Shown here: positions 10,034-20,691 of the stretch, piece by piece | Layout of the letters: each line of letters begins with the position of its first letter | Numbering within the stretch: the first letter of the stretch is position 1 | Assembly (NCBI GenBank): GCA_977020255.1 | Contig: CDROCS010003840.1 | Coordinates: 186,001 to 250,000 of the forward strand | Length of the DNA stretch: 64,000 bases | Reading direction: 5' to 3' | Source: Obrimoposthia wandeli | Lineage: Eukaryota | Position numbers and translations under genes: made by a program | The notes under the pieces: generated by a model | Databases searched by the model: none | What the model saw: only the letters and a program-made list of their open reading frames with translations | What the model was told of the DNA's origin: nothing

Positions 10034-11923
10034 ATGGAAGCCGAACTACTCGAAATAAAGAACTTCCTTTCCCAATACCCGCCTTTTAGTGAGCTTCCTG
10101 ATGATGCTTTAATTTATGCCACTCAACATGTTGAAATTTCTTATTTTCGACAGAATATGCCCATTATTCATTTGGGCGATCATATTCAAGATCTTTACAT
10201 GGTGCGAAGTGGAGTTGTAGAAGTTTATCGTCGAAACGGTAAGTTATATAACCGCCTTACTCAAGGTGGCCTCTTTGGGCAGATGGGGCTATTAACCAAT
10301 AATCGTGTTCGCTTTCCTGTTACAGCCATTGACGACACCTTGGTTTATTGTCTTCCTGAGGCAGTTTTTCAAGAGCTGTATAATAATCATGATACGTTCG
10401 CAGATTTTGTTGAAGTAGAAGATAATGCTCGTCTAAGGCAAGCCATTTCCAATCAAGATGATCAAAACGATCTCACGACATCAAAAGTGAGAAGCTTACT
10501 GACTCGTGACGCGCCTTTTGTCTATAAATCAGAATCGATTCAGCAAGCTGCAATTAAGATGGCTGATGAAAGCATTTCTTCTTTGTTGATTGTCGACCCT
10601 GATATTTTAGACGACAACTATAACGACACTAGCTCTGTAATTGGCATTATTACTGACCGAGATTTATGTACGCGAGTGCTGGCTGTTGGTATTGATCCCA
10701 ACGATACTGTCGCAAGTGTTATGACAACTGAAGTCGTTTCTTTAGATCATAATGCTTACGTATATGAAGCGATGTTGATCATGCTTCGTTATAACGTGCA
10801 TCACCTTCCTATATTTAAAGATAAAAAACCGATAGGTATTATTGAAACGACAGATATTGTTCGTTATGAATCACAGAACTCATTATTATTAGTTAGTAAT
10901 CTTTTCCAGCAACAGAGCATTGACGATCTTGCCGTTGTATCTAGCGAAGTGAAAGATAGTTTTGTGCGTTTGGTTAATGAAGATGCAAACTCGCACATGG
11001 TGGGTACTGCAATGTCTGTAATTGGGCGTAGCTTCACACAACGTATTATTGAACTAGCTGAAGAAGAACTTGGTCCTGCACCTATTCGTTTTTGTTTTAT
11101 AGCATTAGGTTCAATGGGGCGAGATGAGCAATTAATCGTTACCGATCAGGATAATGCGATTATTTTAGACGATAGCTATGATGAAAAGAAGCATGGTCGT
11201 TATTTTGAAGCCCTGGCGAAAATAGTGTGTGATGGGCTCGATAAATGTGGCTATGATTATTGCACTGGCGATATTATGGCGACTAATCCCATGTGGCGTA
11301 TGACTCGTCATGAATGGGAAGCCTGCTTTGCTAATTGGATCGAAGATCCTAACCCGAAAGCCTTGTTAAATACCTCGATATTTTTTGACCTTGATGGTGT
11401 GTATGGCAACCTTAAATGGGCCGACCAACTCAATGCATTTATTGTTCGTCGAGCGCGTAAAAATAACCGTTTCCTTGCTTGTTTAGCCCGTAATTCATTA
11501 AACCGCACACCGCCTCTGGGCTTTTTCAAAGATTTTGTAATGGAAAAAGATGGTCGTCACAATAATTCCATTAACCTTAAGCGCCGGGGAACAGCACCTC
11601 TTGCTGATTTGATTCGTGTTCATGCTCTTGCGGTCGGATCGCGTTCTAAAAACTCTTTTGAACGTTTAGATGACATTATAGATGCAGGTATTTTACCTAA
11701 AGGGCGAGGGCGCGATTTACGTGACGCAATGGAGTTCATTTCGATGGTACGTATTCGTCACCAAGCCGTCGATGTAGAACAAGAGAATGAGCCTGATAAT
11801 AATATTGAGCCAGAAAACTTATCTGATTTTGAACGACGTAATTTAAAAGATGCGTTTCAGATCTTAAGTAACGCTCAGAACTTTCTAAAGTTCCGTTATA
11901 CCGCAAGCAATAATTTTAAGTAG
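10034..11923 (+). CDS. cNMP-binding / tandem CBS / DUF294 nucleotidyltransferase-like protein
   Basis: N-terminal cNMP fold (GVVEVY...GGLFGQMGLL...RFPVTA), CBS pair (GIITDRDL, HHLPI), NTase motif LGSMGRDEQ...TDQDN, helical C-domain. Confidence 0.9.
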   Translation: MEAELLEIKNFLSQYPPFSELPDDALIYATQHVEISYFRQNMPIIHLGDHIQDLYMVRSGVVEVYRRNGKLYNRLTQGGLFGQMGLLTNNRVRFPVTAIDDTLVYCLPEAVFQELYNNHDTFADFVEVEDNARLRQAISNQDDQNDLTTSKVRSLLTRDAPFVYKSESIQQAAIKMADESISSLLIVDPDILDDNYNDTSSVIGIITDRDLCTRVLAVGIDPNDTVASVMTTEVVSLDHNAYVYEAMLIMLRYNVHHLPIFKDKKPIGIIETTDIVRYESQNSLLLVSNLFQQQSIDDLAVVSSEVKDSFVRLVNEDANSHMVGTAMSVIGRSFTQRIIELAEEELGPAPIRFCFIALGSMGRDEQLIVTDQDNAIILDDSYDEKKHGRYFEALAKIVCDGLDKCGYDYCTGDIMATNPMWRMTRHEWEACFANWIEDPNPKALLNTSIFFDLDGVYGNLKWADQLNAFIVRRARKNNRFLACLARNSLNRTPPLGFFKDFVMEKDGRHNNSINLKRRGTAPLADLIRVHALAVGSRSKNSFERLDDIIDAGILPKGRGRDLRDAMEFISMVRIRHQAVDVEQENEPDNNIEPENLSDFERRNLKDAFQILSNAQNFLKFRYTASNNFK

Positions 11924-11924
11924 T

Positions 11925-12647
11925 ATGATGATGAAACGACTTTTTCAAACACCGAGTACAGATTGGACTACCCGGCATGCTAACAAGCAGGCTTCAGCCA
12001 GTCATCCTTTTCTTAAGGCGTTTTATTCTGCTCCGTTAGTCGCAGGGAATACACCTTTAGATGAAATAGAATTTGTGGCGATGGATTTTGAAACCACAGG
12101 TCTTAATGCTAAAAAAGATGGCATCATTACTATTGGCTTAGTGCCTTTTACCCTTAATCGTATATACATTAATCGGGCACAACATTGGATTGTTAGACCA
12201 CGTCAAAAGTTGAACGAACAGTCTGTCGTTATTCACAATATTACTCACAATGACATTCTGGATGCACCTGATTTATCTGAAGTCATTGAGCCCGTACTTG
12301 CAGCATTAGCTGGACGTATTGTCGTTGTGCATTATCGTCGAATAGAAAGAGAGTTTCTTGACCGAGCACTGAAAGCTCGAATCAAAGAGGGCATTGAGTT
12401 TCCCGTTATTGATACCTTGGATCTAGAAGTTCACATCCAGCAGCGACTTAATGGTGGTTTTTGGAACACGCTTAAAGGTAAAAAACCCCAGTCGGTACGT
12501 TTGGCGCAAGCGCGTAAGAGGTATGGGCTGCCTGCATATACTCCTCATCATGCTTTAACGGATGCCATTGCCACTGCTGAATTACTGCAAGCGCAAATTG
12601 CCTATCATTATGATGCCAAGCAACCCATTGAAGACTTTTGGTTGTAA
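11925..12647 (+). CDS. DEDDh 3'-5' exonuclease-family protein
   Basis: ExoI DFETTG, ExoII-like HYRRIE, ExoIII HHALTDA; starts 1 nt after the upstream stop. Confidence 0.9.
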   Translation: MMMKRLFQTPSTDWTTRHANKQASASHPFLKAFYSAPLVAGNTPLDEIEFVAMDFETTGLNAKKDGIITIGLVPFTLNRIYINRAQHWIVRPRQKLNEQSVVIHNITHNDILDAPDLSEVIEPVLAALAGRIVVVHYRRIEREFLDRALKARIKEGIEFPVIDTLDLEVHIQQRLNGGFWNTLKGKKPQSVRLAQARKRYGLPAYTPHHALTDAIATAELLQAQIAYHYDAKQPIEDFWL

Positions 12648-12673
12648 TATCGCTCTGCATCGAGCGATATTTT
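12647..12673 (+). terminator. probable terminator after exonuclease gene
   Basis: ATATCGCTC-TGCATC-GAGCGATAT plus short T tract. Confidence 0.55.
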
Positions 12674-13049
12674 CAAGTATCGTTATGTGTACAAGTCCGT
12701 TTATTGTAAGGGGATTAATCTATATCAAAAACGTCATTTGAAAAGCTTTGGTATGACTATTTCTACGTGTAATTAAACTCATCAATAAATTAATTAAGAG
12801 TAGAAAATATTAGAGTACTAAGGAATATTTCAAGCGCCCACATTAAAATCGTGCAAAAAGCGAGTTATTCAGTCGTTTTTTCTACACTTTTAATTGTTTT
12901 TGGTGTTTTAATTAAGTAACTGATAGAATTGTCGCAATATTTTGAATTAATATTGCTATGAGTACGAAGCTGTTTCTTAGTTTTGTTCGTTTGTTTGTTT
13001 CGTTCTCATAGTTATTTGACTCAACTAAAGCTACCTTTAGAGAGGGAAA

Positions 13050-14627
13050 ATGACAAAAGGTATTGATAAATACAGTATAGATAGTACCGATTATACTGTT
13101 GGGCAAGACAATGTACAAAAATGGGGATTTGATGTTCATAATCCGGTATTTGGTATTAGTGCAGGACTAATTGCATTATTCCTAATTGCAGCATTGGTTT
13201 TAGATCCAGTCCTAGCTAAAAGTACTTTAGATGGTATAAAGTTACAGATTATTAGCTCGTTCGATTGGCTATTTATCTGGGCTGGTAACATTTTTGTAAT
13301 ATTTTGCTTAGGTTTGATCGTTTCTCCTTATGGAAAAATTCGACTAGGCGGTGAAGATGCCGTTGCCGATTATTCTGTTATGTCGTGGCTGTCTATGTTG
13401 TTCGCTGCGGGTATGGGTATCGGCTTGATGTTCTGGAGTGTTGCTGAGCCTGTTGCTTACTTCACAGGATGGTATGAAACCCCACTCGGTGTTGAAGCCA
13501 ATACCCCTGAAGCCGCTAAGCTTGCTTTAGGCGCAACTATGTACCACTGGGGACTTCACCCATGGGCTATCTACGGTATTGTTGCTCTATCATTAGCATT
13601 CTTTTCTTACAACAAAGGTCTACCACTTTCCCTTCGTTCTATTTTTTATCCAATTTTAGGTGATCGAGCTTGGGGCTGGGCGGGGCACTGTATCGATATT
13701 CTCGCTGTTTTAGCGACATTATTTGGTTTGGCTACGTCATTAGGTTTAGGTGCACAGCAAGCTGCTAGTGGTATTCATCACGTATTTGGTATTGATGCTG
13801 GCATTGGATTGCAAATTGCCGTCATTTCTGTTGTTACGTTACTAGCTGCTGTATCTGTTGTTCGTGGTATTGATGGGGGAGTTAAAATTCTCAGTAATAT
13901 CAATATGATTATTGCATTTTTTTTGCTAGTTCTAGTCGCTGTCGTAGGGTACTCAGTATCATTCAGCTCTATTTCTACGACTTTTATGTCATATGTCGAG
14001 AACATTATTCCTTTAAGTAACCCACACGGTCGTAATGACGAAGCTTGGTTCCAAGGCTGGACTGTATTCTATTGGGCATGGTGGATTTCATGGTCTCCGT
14101 TTGTAGGTATGTTCATTGCGCGAGTATCTAGAGGTCGTACTATTCGCCAATTTATTACAGCAGTTCTTATTGTTCCAACAAGCGTTACATTAATTTGGAT
14201 GTCAGTGTTTGGTGGTTTAGCCATTGACCAAGTCATCAACAATGTAGGTGAACTTGGTACTAGAGGGTTAACAGACGTTTCACTGGCTATGTTCGAAATG
14301 TTTGATGTGATGCCATATGGTTCTGTTCTATCTATGATTGCTGTCGTGTTGGTGTTGGTGTTCTTTATAACATCTTCTGATTCTGGCTCTTTAGTTATCG
14401 ATAGTATTACGTCAGGCGGCAAAGTTGATGTGCCTATTCCACAGCGTATCTTCTGGGCTTCTATGCAAGGTTCGGTTGCTATTGCGCTTCTATGGATTGG
14501 TGGAACAGAGGCTGTTCAGGCACTGCAAGCCGCTGTTATATCAACAGCTCTACCATTCACGTTTATACTGTTATTAATGTGTGTGAGTTTGGTCTTGGGT
14601 ATGCGAACCGAGCCTTTTAAGCGTTAA
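13050..14627 (+). CDS. BCCT (betaine/carnitine/choline) family transporter
   Basis: SWLSMLFAAGMGIGLMFWSVAEP, HWGLHPWAIY, WTVFYWAWWISWSPFVGMFIARVSRGRTIR, TSSDSG. Confidence 0.95.
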   Translation: MTKGIDKYSIDSTDYTVGQDNVQKWGFDVHNPVFGISAGLIALFLIAALVLDPVLAKSTLDGIKLQIISSFDWLFIWAGNIFVIFCLGLIVSPYGKIRLGGEDAVADYSVMSWLSMLFAAGMGIGLMFWSVAEPVAYFTGWYETPLGVEANTPEAAKLALGATMYHWGLHPWAIYGIVALSLAFFSYNKGLPLSLRSIFYPILGDRAWGWAGHCIDILAVLATLFGLATSLGLGAQQAASGIHHVFGIDAGIGLQIAVISVVTLLAAVSVVRGIDGGVKILSNINMIIAFFLLVLVAVVGYSVSFSSISTTFMSYVENIIPLSNPHGRNDEAWFQGWTVFYWAWWISWSPFVGMFIARVSRGRTIRQFITAVLIVPTSVTLIWMSVFGGLAIDQVINNVGELGTRGLTDVSLAMFEMFDVMPYGSVLSMIAVVLVLVFFITSSDSGSLVIDSITSGGKVDVPIPQRIFWASMQGSVAIALLWIGGTEAVQALQAAVISTALPFTFILLLMCVSLVLGMRTEPFKR

Positions 14628-14674
14628 CTTAAAAGTAAAACAAGTAACATTGTCTAGTCCTAAAATGGGTTGAC

Positions 14675-14706
14675 AAAAAAAGGCTAGCCATAGGCTAGCC
14701 TTTTTA
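14675..14706. terminator. bidirectional intrinsic terminator
   Basis: A run-GGCTAGCC-ATA-GGCTAGCC-T6 between convergent genes. Confidence 0.85.
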
Positions 14707-14727
14707 TTTAAGAGCAAAAAAAGAGTA

Positions 14728-15903
14728 TTAACTGACGTTAGATAATGGGTTGTTTTTAATTGTTGCAACAGGGCATGGTTTGAAATATGCCGCTCTATTC
14801 TTTCCTTGTTGCTTTACTTCATACATCGCAAAATCAGCTTGTTTCAGCACTTCTGGGATATTTCTAGCAGATGTTGGAAATTGGCTAATCCCGATACTTG
14901 CCGAGATAGTCAGTGACTTACCTGCAATCATGGTTGCGCTATTTAGCAAACTAACAAGCTTTTCTGGTAATTGAGATGGCTCTGCACCTGATATATTTTG
15001 CTGAAATAATTCAATGACAGCAAATTCATCGCCCCCCATTCTTGCGCAAAAACAACGTGGGTGTTCTAACTGCTTAAGGCGGCTAGCGACACTGCGTAAG
15101 AACATATCTCCAGCATGATGCCCTTGCGTATCGTTTATTATTTTAAAACCGTCTAAATCAATTAGATAGAAATTGAATGCTTGGTTGTTTTTGGCGAGTT
15201 TTTCTAGTTTCTTATTTAACCACAGACGGTTTCTAATTCCTGTGAGTGAATCGTACATTGCAAGACGATGGTGGTAACGAGATTCGCGTAATAGAAGATA
15301 AGCGATAATCATGCTGGTTAATAATGTTGAAATTAATAGATACCGAAAAATCATTTCGAGTGTTGAAACTGCTTGAATTTTTTCACCTAAGTCAGAACTC
15401 GATAGGCGAAATTTATGGTTTAAATAGATCTGTAAATCATCATAATCATCTTTAACTAAGCTTAATAAAAGGGCTTCATTTTTTGTTATTGGTAGCTCAA
15501 GCAACTGATCTTCCATTGCTTTTATATTAGTGAAATGATGACTGATTTCGGTAATGCTACCCTCAAATTGGTCAAGGTGTTCGACGAGTGAATTATTCAC
15601 TATTGTATTGAAGCGACTCCATAATATTTCGTATTGGATCAGCATGTCGTTGTAATCACTTGTGCCAAGCTGGTAGCTTTGAAGTTGGTAAATGAATTCA
15701 GAATATTCTTTTGTTAGTTGCAAAACGAACCATATAGCTTCATTTTGACTTTTTGAGATCACTTCAGAGGTCTGTTTTAAATAGCTAACAGTCATCAATA
15801 TGCTAGCCACTAAAATTGGCGTAATGATATAAAGTGCTTTTTTTAATAAACGAACGGTCCATTTCATGAATGGAGAATGACCTTTTAGCTCCACTTTATT
15901 CAA
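14728..15903 (-). CDS. membrane-anchored GGDEF diguanylate cyclase
   Basis: Two TM segments flanking a sensor region; DSLTGIRNR, DLDGFKIINDTQGH, RMGGDEF, SASIG; no RxxD I-site. Confidence 0.9.
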   Translation of the reverse strand: MNKVELKGHSPFMKWTVRLLKKALYIITPILVASILMTVSYLKQTSEVISKSQNEAIWFVLQLTKEYSEFIYQLQSYQLGTSDYNDMLIQYEILWSRFNTIVNNSLVEHLDQFEGSITEISHHFTNIKAMEDQLLELPITKNEALLLSLVKDDYDDLQIYLNHKFRLSSSDLGEKIQAVSTLEMIFRYLLISTLLTSMIIAYLLLRESRYHHRLAMYDSLTGIRNRLWLNKKLEKLAKNNQAFNFYLIDLDGFKIINDTQGHHAGDMFLRSVASRLKQLEHPRCFCARMGGDEFAVIELFQQNISGAEPSQLPEKLVSLLNSATMIAGKSLTISASIGISQFPTSARNIPEVLKQADFAMYEVKQQGKNRAAYFKPCPVATIKNNPLSNVS

Positions 15904-16423
15904 CCTTTATACTTTCTAGTTGCCAAATCATCTTAGCCAGATAAGCCGTTTGCTGTAATTCGTCGTATTTGTCGAGAGGGAAAATTAACCAGAAAGGTCC
16001 ATAGTCTCGGATTTTTAAATATTGCTCATTCTTCTTTATTGCAATAATGGGCTCGTATTGCAGCATCTCTTGCCAAGTAACTTCTGTTGTATAGTCGTTT
16101 AAGGCTTTTAGCCTGATTAACGAAGGCTTGATGTTATGCATTTTTAGCAAGGTGCTAAGCTTCACCCCTTTGAATGCTGCTTGACTGTTAATCCAAGGAA
16201 GTTGGGTGGTAATTGTTGTTTGTGGCAGTTGTTCTATCTGATCGAGAGATAATACCTGTTCGACTTTTTTACCGTTAGTTTGATACCCAGTAAGAGAAAT
16301 ATCAGTACTGAGGGCGAAGGCAGAAGATGATAATGAAAATACAAGAAAACAACTTATTAATAAGGGGGTAAACGATAGCTTCATGGTCATCCATATACCT
16401 CTCATTCGAATTACAATATCCAA
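15896..16423 (-). CDS. secreted protein with molybdopterin-oxidoreductase-like (Oxidored_molyb) fold
   Basis: Signal peptide; TTQLPW, FKGVKLSTLL, ALNDY, RDYGPFWLIFP, KMIWQL pattern; overlaps GGDEF start by 8 nt. Confidence 0.7.
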   Translation of the reverse strand: MDIVIRMRGIWMTMKLSFTPLLISCFLVFSLSSSAFALSTDISLTGYQTNGKKVEQVLSLDQIEQLPQTTITTQLPWINSQAAFKGVKLSTLLKMHNIKPSLIRLKALNDYTTEVTWQEMLQYEPIIAIKKNEQYLKIRDYGPFWLIFPLDKYDELQQTAYLAKMIWQLESIKVE

Positions 16424-16580
16424 TGTTCGGTGGACTATTGCAGCAAAGCGACGAGTATCACTATACAGTGTAGACAGATCTCTACATTGAAAGTGGTATT
16501 TTTTTGACTATTTTACTGCTCACTGTTGAGTGGGTTTATCAATGAGCAGGGTGGTTTTACTTCAATCGGACATTTTTCGT

Positions 16581-18038
16581 TTAAAGTAATGGGCTAAACA
16601 TATAAAAGAATCGTTCACCCAATTTGTTTAACATTGGACGTTTTGTCCATTCATTATTATCAATACTCGTTGAATTTTTAATATATTCTTGCTGTAGCCA
16701 ACTCAGTTGCTGGGTAAATTCAAGGTTATCAACGGCCAAGGTGACTTCAAAGTTGAGCCATAAACTGCGCATATCAAGGTTAACAGTACCTATTAAGCAA
16801 TGGGTGTCATCAACAACAACTGATTTGGTGTGTAGTAACCCGCCATGAAAACGATGAATTTTCACACCTGCTTGCAATAATTCGCCAAAAAAAGATCGAC
16901 TTGCCCACTCAACCATTGTTGAATCATTCTTATCTGGCACCACAATATGGACGCTAACCCCCCGTTCAGCAGCGCCTTTTAGTGCATGCTGTAGATGCTC
17001 GCTTGGTACGAAGTAGGGCGTCGTAATAACAACACTTTCTTGTGCTTGGTAAATACTTAATAACAGTACTTGGTGAATAATTTCGTCAGGCATGCCTGGG
17101 CCTGACGGAATGACTTGAACGGTATCCATCGTATCGGGTGATACATCGATACTGCAGACTGGTAATTCAGGTAAGAAGCGTTGGCCTGTTTCGACTTCCC
17201 AATCCCATGCTTGAATGCAATTGAGAAGAGGAACGGTTGGTCCGGTTAAGCGCACCATAACGTCAACCCATTGCCCGACATCTGCATTTGTTTTGAAAAA
17301 CGCAGGATCAACCAAGTTCATTGAGCCTGTGTATGCGATGGTATTATCAATAACGATAATTTTACGATGCTGGCGTAAATCTAATCGACGAAAAAACATA
17401 CGTAACGGAGACACCGCCAGCGCTTCAGTGATCTCAACACCTGCTTGGCGCATAAGTTTTGGCCAATGCGAACGGAAGAATCGTAAGCTACCCGCAGAAT
17501 CAAGCAGTAATCTAACCGACACACCTCTTTTTGCTGCTTGAATTAATGCAACACCAACGGCGTCTGCTAATCCACCCGGGTGCCAAATATAAAATTCTAG
17601 ATGGACAGATTTTTTCGCGTGTAGAATATCTTCAATAATTGAATGCAGAATTTGCTGTGGGGAATCTTGTAACGATAGGGTATTTCCCGTTAAACCAGGT
17701 ACACCAAGACGATTTTCGCATAAGTCGCTAATAGGGCGCGCATTCTGGCTCATTAACTGCGGCTGATGACTGGGGCAATCATTGAGCTGTTGAAACCACT
17801 CTGCAAATGGGTGGAACATATCGCGTGCACGTTCTGCGCGTTTCTTGCCTAAATTCAATTCGCCAAATAGTAGGTAGGCGAACACGCCACCAATCGGAAT
17901 GATGTAAATGATCATTAACCAAGCAAGAGAAGCACCGACAATGCGACGTTGGAATACCACACGCATGGTTACACCAGCAATCATGAGCCAGTAAAGGAAA
18001 ACACCGACCCACGCTAAAACTTGATAAAACTGTTCCAT
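16581..18038 (-). CDS. clsA: cardiolipin synthase
   Basis: Two HKD motifs (HRKIIVID...TGSMN; HTKSVVVD...GTVN), N-terminal TMs. Confidence 0.95.
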   Translation of the reverse strand: MEQFYQVLAWVGVFLYWLMIAGVTMRVVFQRRIVGASLAWLMIIYIIPIGGVFAYLLFGELNLGKKRAERARDMFHPFAEWFQQLNDCPSHQPQLMSQNARPISDLCENRLGVPGLTGNTLSLQDSPQQILHSIIEDILHAKKSVHLEFYIWHPGGLADAVGVALIQAAKRGVSVRLLLDSAGSLRFFRSHWPKLMRQAGVEITEALAVSPLRMFFRRLDLRQHRKIIVIDNTIAYTGSMNLVDPAFFKTNADVGQWVDVMVRLTGPTVPLLNCIQAWDWEVETGQRFLPELPVCSIDVSPDTMDTVQVIPSGPGMPDEIIHQVLLLSIYQAQESVVITTPYFVPSEHLQHALKGAAERGVSVHIVVPDKNDSTMVEWASRSFFGELLQAGVKIHRFHGGLLHTKSVVVDDTHCLIGTVNLDMRSLWLNFEVTLAVDNLEFTQQLSWLQQEYIKNSTSIDNNEWTKRPMLNKLGERFFYMFSPLL

Positions 18039-18487
18039 ATAAATGAGTTATCAGACAGTTAATGAATAAATTATAAACCTATTCTGCATTCTTTCTTGGA
18101 TAAAACATAGCCTTTCCGATCAGCCTTTGTGAGCTATCAGGCTTTATATAAATTTTAGGCACATAAAAGAAGTGTATCTAAAAAATAATGCGCAAGGTTA
18201 TGTATATAGCACGAGAATAATACGGAGCGGTTTATATTGAGGAAGGGGTGATATAGCCAAATAAAAAAGCAATTAATGAACAAAATGTATGCAATATGTA
18301 CTAATCTGAAGTGAAATAACAGTGATTGATCAAGAAATAGAAAAGCAGGCTTCACATTCTATTCTTAAACTGTTCTACTTGCTACTAACAGTATGTAGAT
18401 GGATAAATTCATACTGTACATAATAGTTTACAGTGTTGGTTTTACGCTGTAGTAAAAATAACGAACACACATAATTAGAGATGTAAT

Positions 18488-19822
18488 ATGGCGAGTAGCT
18501 CAAGAGCGCAATTTAGTTCACGGATAGGGTTCATCTTGGCAGCGGCCGGCTCAGCGGTTGGTCTTGGCAATATTTGGGGTTTTCCCACTCAAGCAGCCAG
18601 CAATGGCGGTGCTGTTTTTCTTTTTGTTTATTTGATTATGGTATTTGCTCTAGCCTATCCACTGTTGGTTGCAGAGTTAACCATTGGTCGCTATGGCAGC
18701 GCCAATCCGATTAAATCATTACGGTCTATTTGGCCGCAGCAGCGTGGTATAGCCGCATTACTTGGTATCGCAGGTATGATTGCGGTATCGATGATTTTAA
18801 GCTTTTATGCCATTGTTGCGGGTTGGTTATTTGGCTTTTTAGTTGGACCCATCTTAGAAGCTATTGGTTTCACTACTGCTGCTAATTGGCTTGAATCATT
18901 CAGTACCAGCCGTAACCTTATTTTGATGATTGTGTTCATGATCATGACCATTATGGTAGTACGTAATGGTGTAGCAAATGGTATTGAGCGTTGGTCGACC
19001 CGTTTGATGCCGGTATTGCTGGTTCTTTTTGTGGTGATGGTGGGTTACATCTTAACGCAAGAAGGCGCAATGGATGGCTTGAAAATGTTCCTTGTGCCAG
19101 ATTTCTCCCATTTCAGTTCAGATCTCGTTGTGAGTGCGATGGGGCAGGCATTTTTCTCTTTATCATTGGGTGTATGTTCAATGATGGTATACGGTTCATA
19201 CCTGAGAAAAGATACGAATATTCCGAAGACAGCCGCCCAAGTTGCACTGCTTGATACGTCTGTTGCCTTTATTGCTGGTTTGTTGATTCTGCCTGCAATG
19301 TTTGTTGCACAGCATAACGGTGTCGAAATTTATAATGATGCTGGTGCTTTATTAGATTCTGATACGTTAGTGTTCAGTGTATTACCTGCCATGTTCGAGA
19401 CCATGGGGTCGGGCGGTGTATTCATTGGTATTCTGTTCTTTGTATTGATGGTTATCGCTGCACTAACATCGTCAATTTCAATGCTTGAAGTACCTGTTGC
19501 TTGTGCGACAGAAGAACTGCAACAAGATCGTAAAGTAGCCGTATGGTGGATTGGTGGTCTAATTACAATCTTCTCATCAATCATCGTATTTAACTTTGGT
19601 GATATGTTTGGACTGGTTATTTCATTAACCACTGAATACGCACAACCAATACTTGGCGTGTGTTTTGCGCTACTGGTGGGTTGGATTTGGAAGCGTGACC
19701 AAGTACTTCAAGAAATTAAAGAAGGCTACCCAGAATTAGAGCAAAGTTTATTCTGGAAGATCTGGCCTTGGTATGTACGTGTAGTGTGTCCAATTATGAT
19801 GTTGATGGTGTTCTTCGCTTAA
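18488..19822 (+). CDS. sodium-dependent SNF/NSS-family transporter
   Basis: GSAVGLGNIWGFP, AMGQAFFSLSLG, AALTSSISMLE. Confidence 0.93.
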   Translation: MASSSRAQFSSRIGFILAAAGSAVGLGNIWGFPTQAASNGGAVFLFVYLIMVFALAYPLLVAELTIGRYGSANPIKSLRSIWPQQRGIAALLGIAGMIAVSMILSFYAIVAGWLFGFLVGPILEAIGFTTAANWLESFSTSRNLILMIVFMIMTIMVVRNGVANGIERWSTRLMPVLLVLFVVMVGYILTQEGAMDGLKMFLVPDFSHFSSDLVVSAMGQAFFSLSLGVCSMMVYGSYLRKDTNIPKTAAQVALLDTSVAFIAGLLILPAMFVAQHNGVEIYNDAGALLDSDTLVFSVLPAMFETMGSGGVFIGILFFVLMVIAALTSSISMLEVPVACATEELQQDRKVAVWWIGGLITIFSSIIVFNFGDMFGLVISLTTEYAQPILGVCFALLVGWIWKRDQVLQEIKEGYPELEQSLFWKIWPWYVRVVCPIMMLMVFFA

Positions 19823-19862
19823 TTGCGTTTAAGTAGAGCACTGACTATACAATTTAATATTT

Positions 19863-19886
19863 AGCCGCTCACTTGAGCGGCTTTTT
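19863..19886 (+). terminator. intrinsic terminator
   Basis: AGCCGCTCA-CT-TGAGCGGCT followed by T tract. Confidence 0.8.
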
Positions 19887-20004
19887 TACATCAGAGCTAG
19901 CTTCATAACCTCAAGCGACCTAAAGAATATCTATCGCATCAAGCTGGCGCATCGGTATATACTGCGCGACTTCAATATTTTCTCTTTTTTTCTGGGTAAT
20001 AATT

Positions 20005-20691
20005 ATGTTCACTCTTGTTCATCAACATCCTGATTTTCTGGTTATCAATAAACACCCAGGGGTGAGCGTTCATAAAGATGATGGCGATCAGCCTTTACTT
20101 GCTGAAGTGGCAAAACAGACGGGTGATGAAAAACTCTATTTAATCCATCGCTTAGATAAAATGACATCGGGCTTATTGTTATTAGGTCGCAATCGTCAAG
20201 CGGCAGCAGAATTATCGGGTAACTTTGCAAAGCGTGATGTTGAAAAATTTTACCTTGCTATTGGTACGAAAAAGCCAAAGAAAAAACAAGGTGTTGTGAT
20301 TGGCGACATGAGTCGTTCTCGTCGTAGTAGCTGGAAATTAGAATCGACCAAGGAAAACCCAGCGATTACGCAATTTTTCTCTACAGCGGCAGGCAATGGA
20401 CGACGTTGTTTTTTATGTAAACCACATACCGGTAAAACGCACCAAATTCGAGTCGCGCTTAGAAGTGTCGGTTCGGGGATCACGGGTGATGAAATCTACG
20501 GAAATGAAGAAGCCGATCGTGGTTATCTTCATGCTTATGCTTTGTCTTTCCCGTACCAAGGTGAAAATCAGCAGTTTATTTGTGTTCCCGATAATGGTGA
20601 ACTTTGGCTGGCTGAAGAGGTTAAACAAGCATTAGCTGAATGGGCGACCCCTTGGCTGCTAGTCTGGCCTAAATTACCAGGAAAAAGCTAA
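20005..20691 (+). CDS. RluA-family RNA pseudouridine synthase
   Basis: INKHPG, catalytic HRLDKMTSGLLL, TGKTHQIRV, YLHA. Confidence 0.92.
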   Translation: MFTLVHQHPDFLVINKHPGVSVHKDDGDQPLLAEVAKQTGDEKLYLIHRLDKMTSGLLLLGRNRQAAAELSGNFAKRDVEKFYLAIGTKKPKKKQGVVIGDMSRSRRSSWKLESTKENPAITQFFSTAAGNGRRCFLCKPHTGKTHQIRVALRSVGSGITGDEIYGNEEADRGYLHAYALSFPYQGENQQFICVPDNGELWLAEEVKQALAEWATPWLLVWPKLPGKS

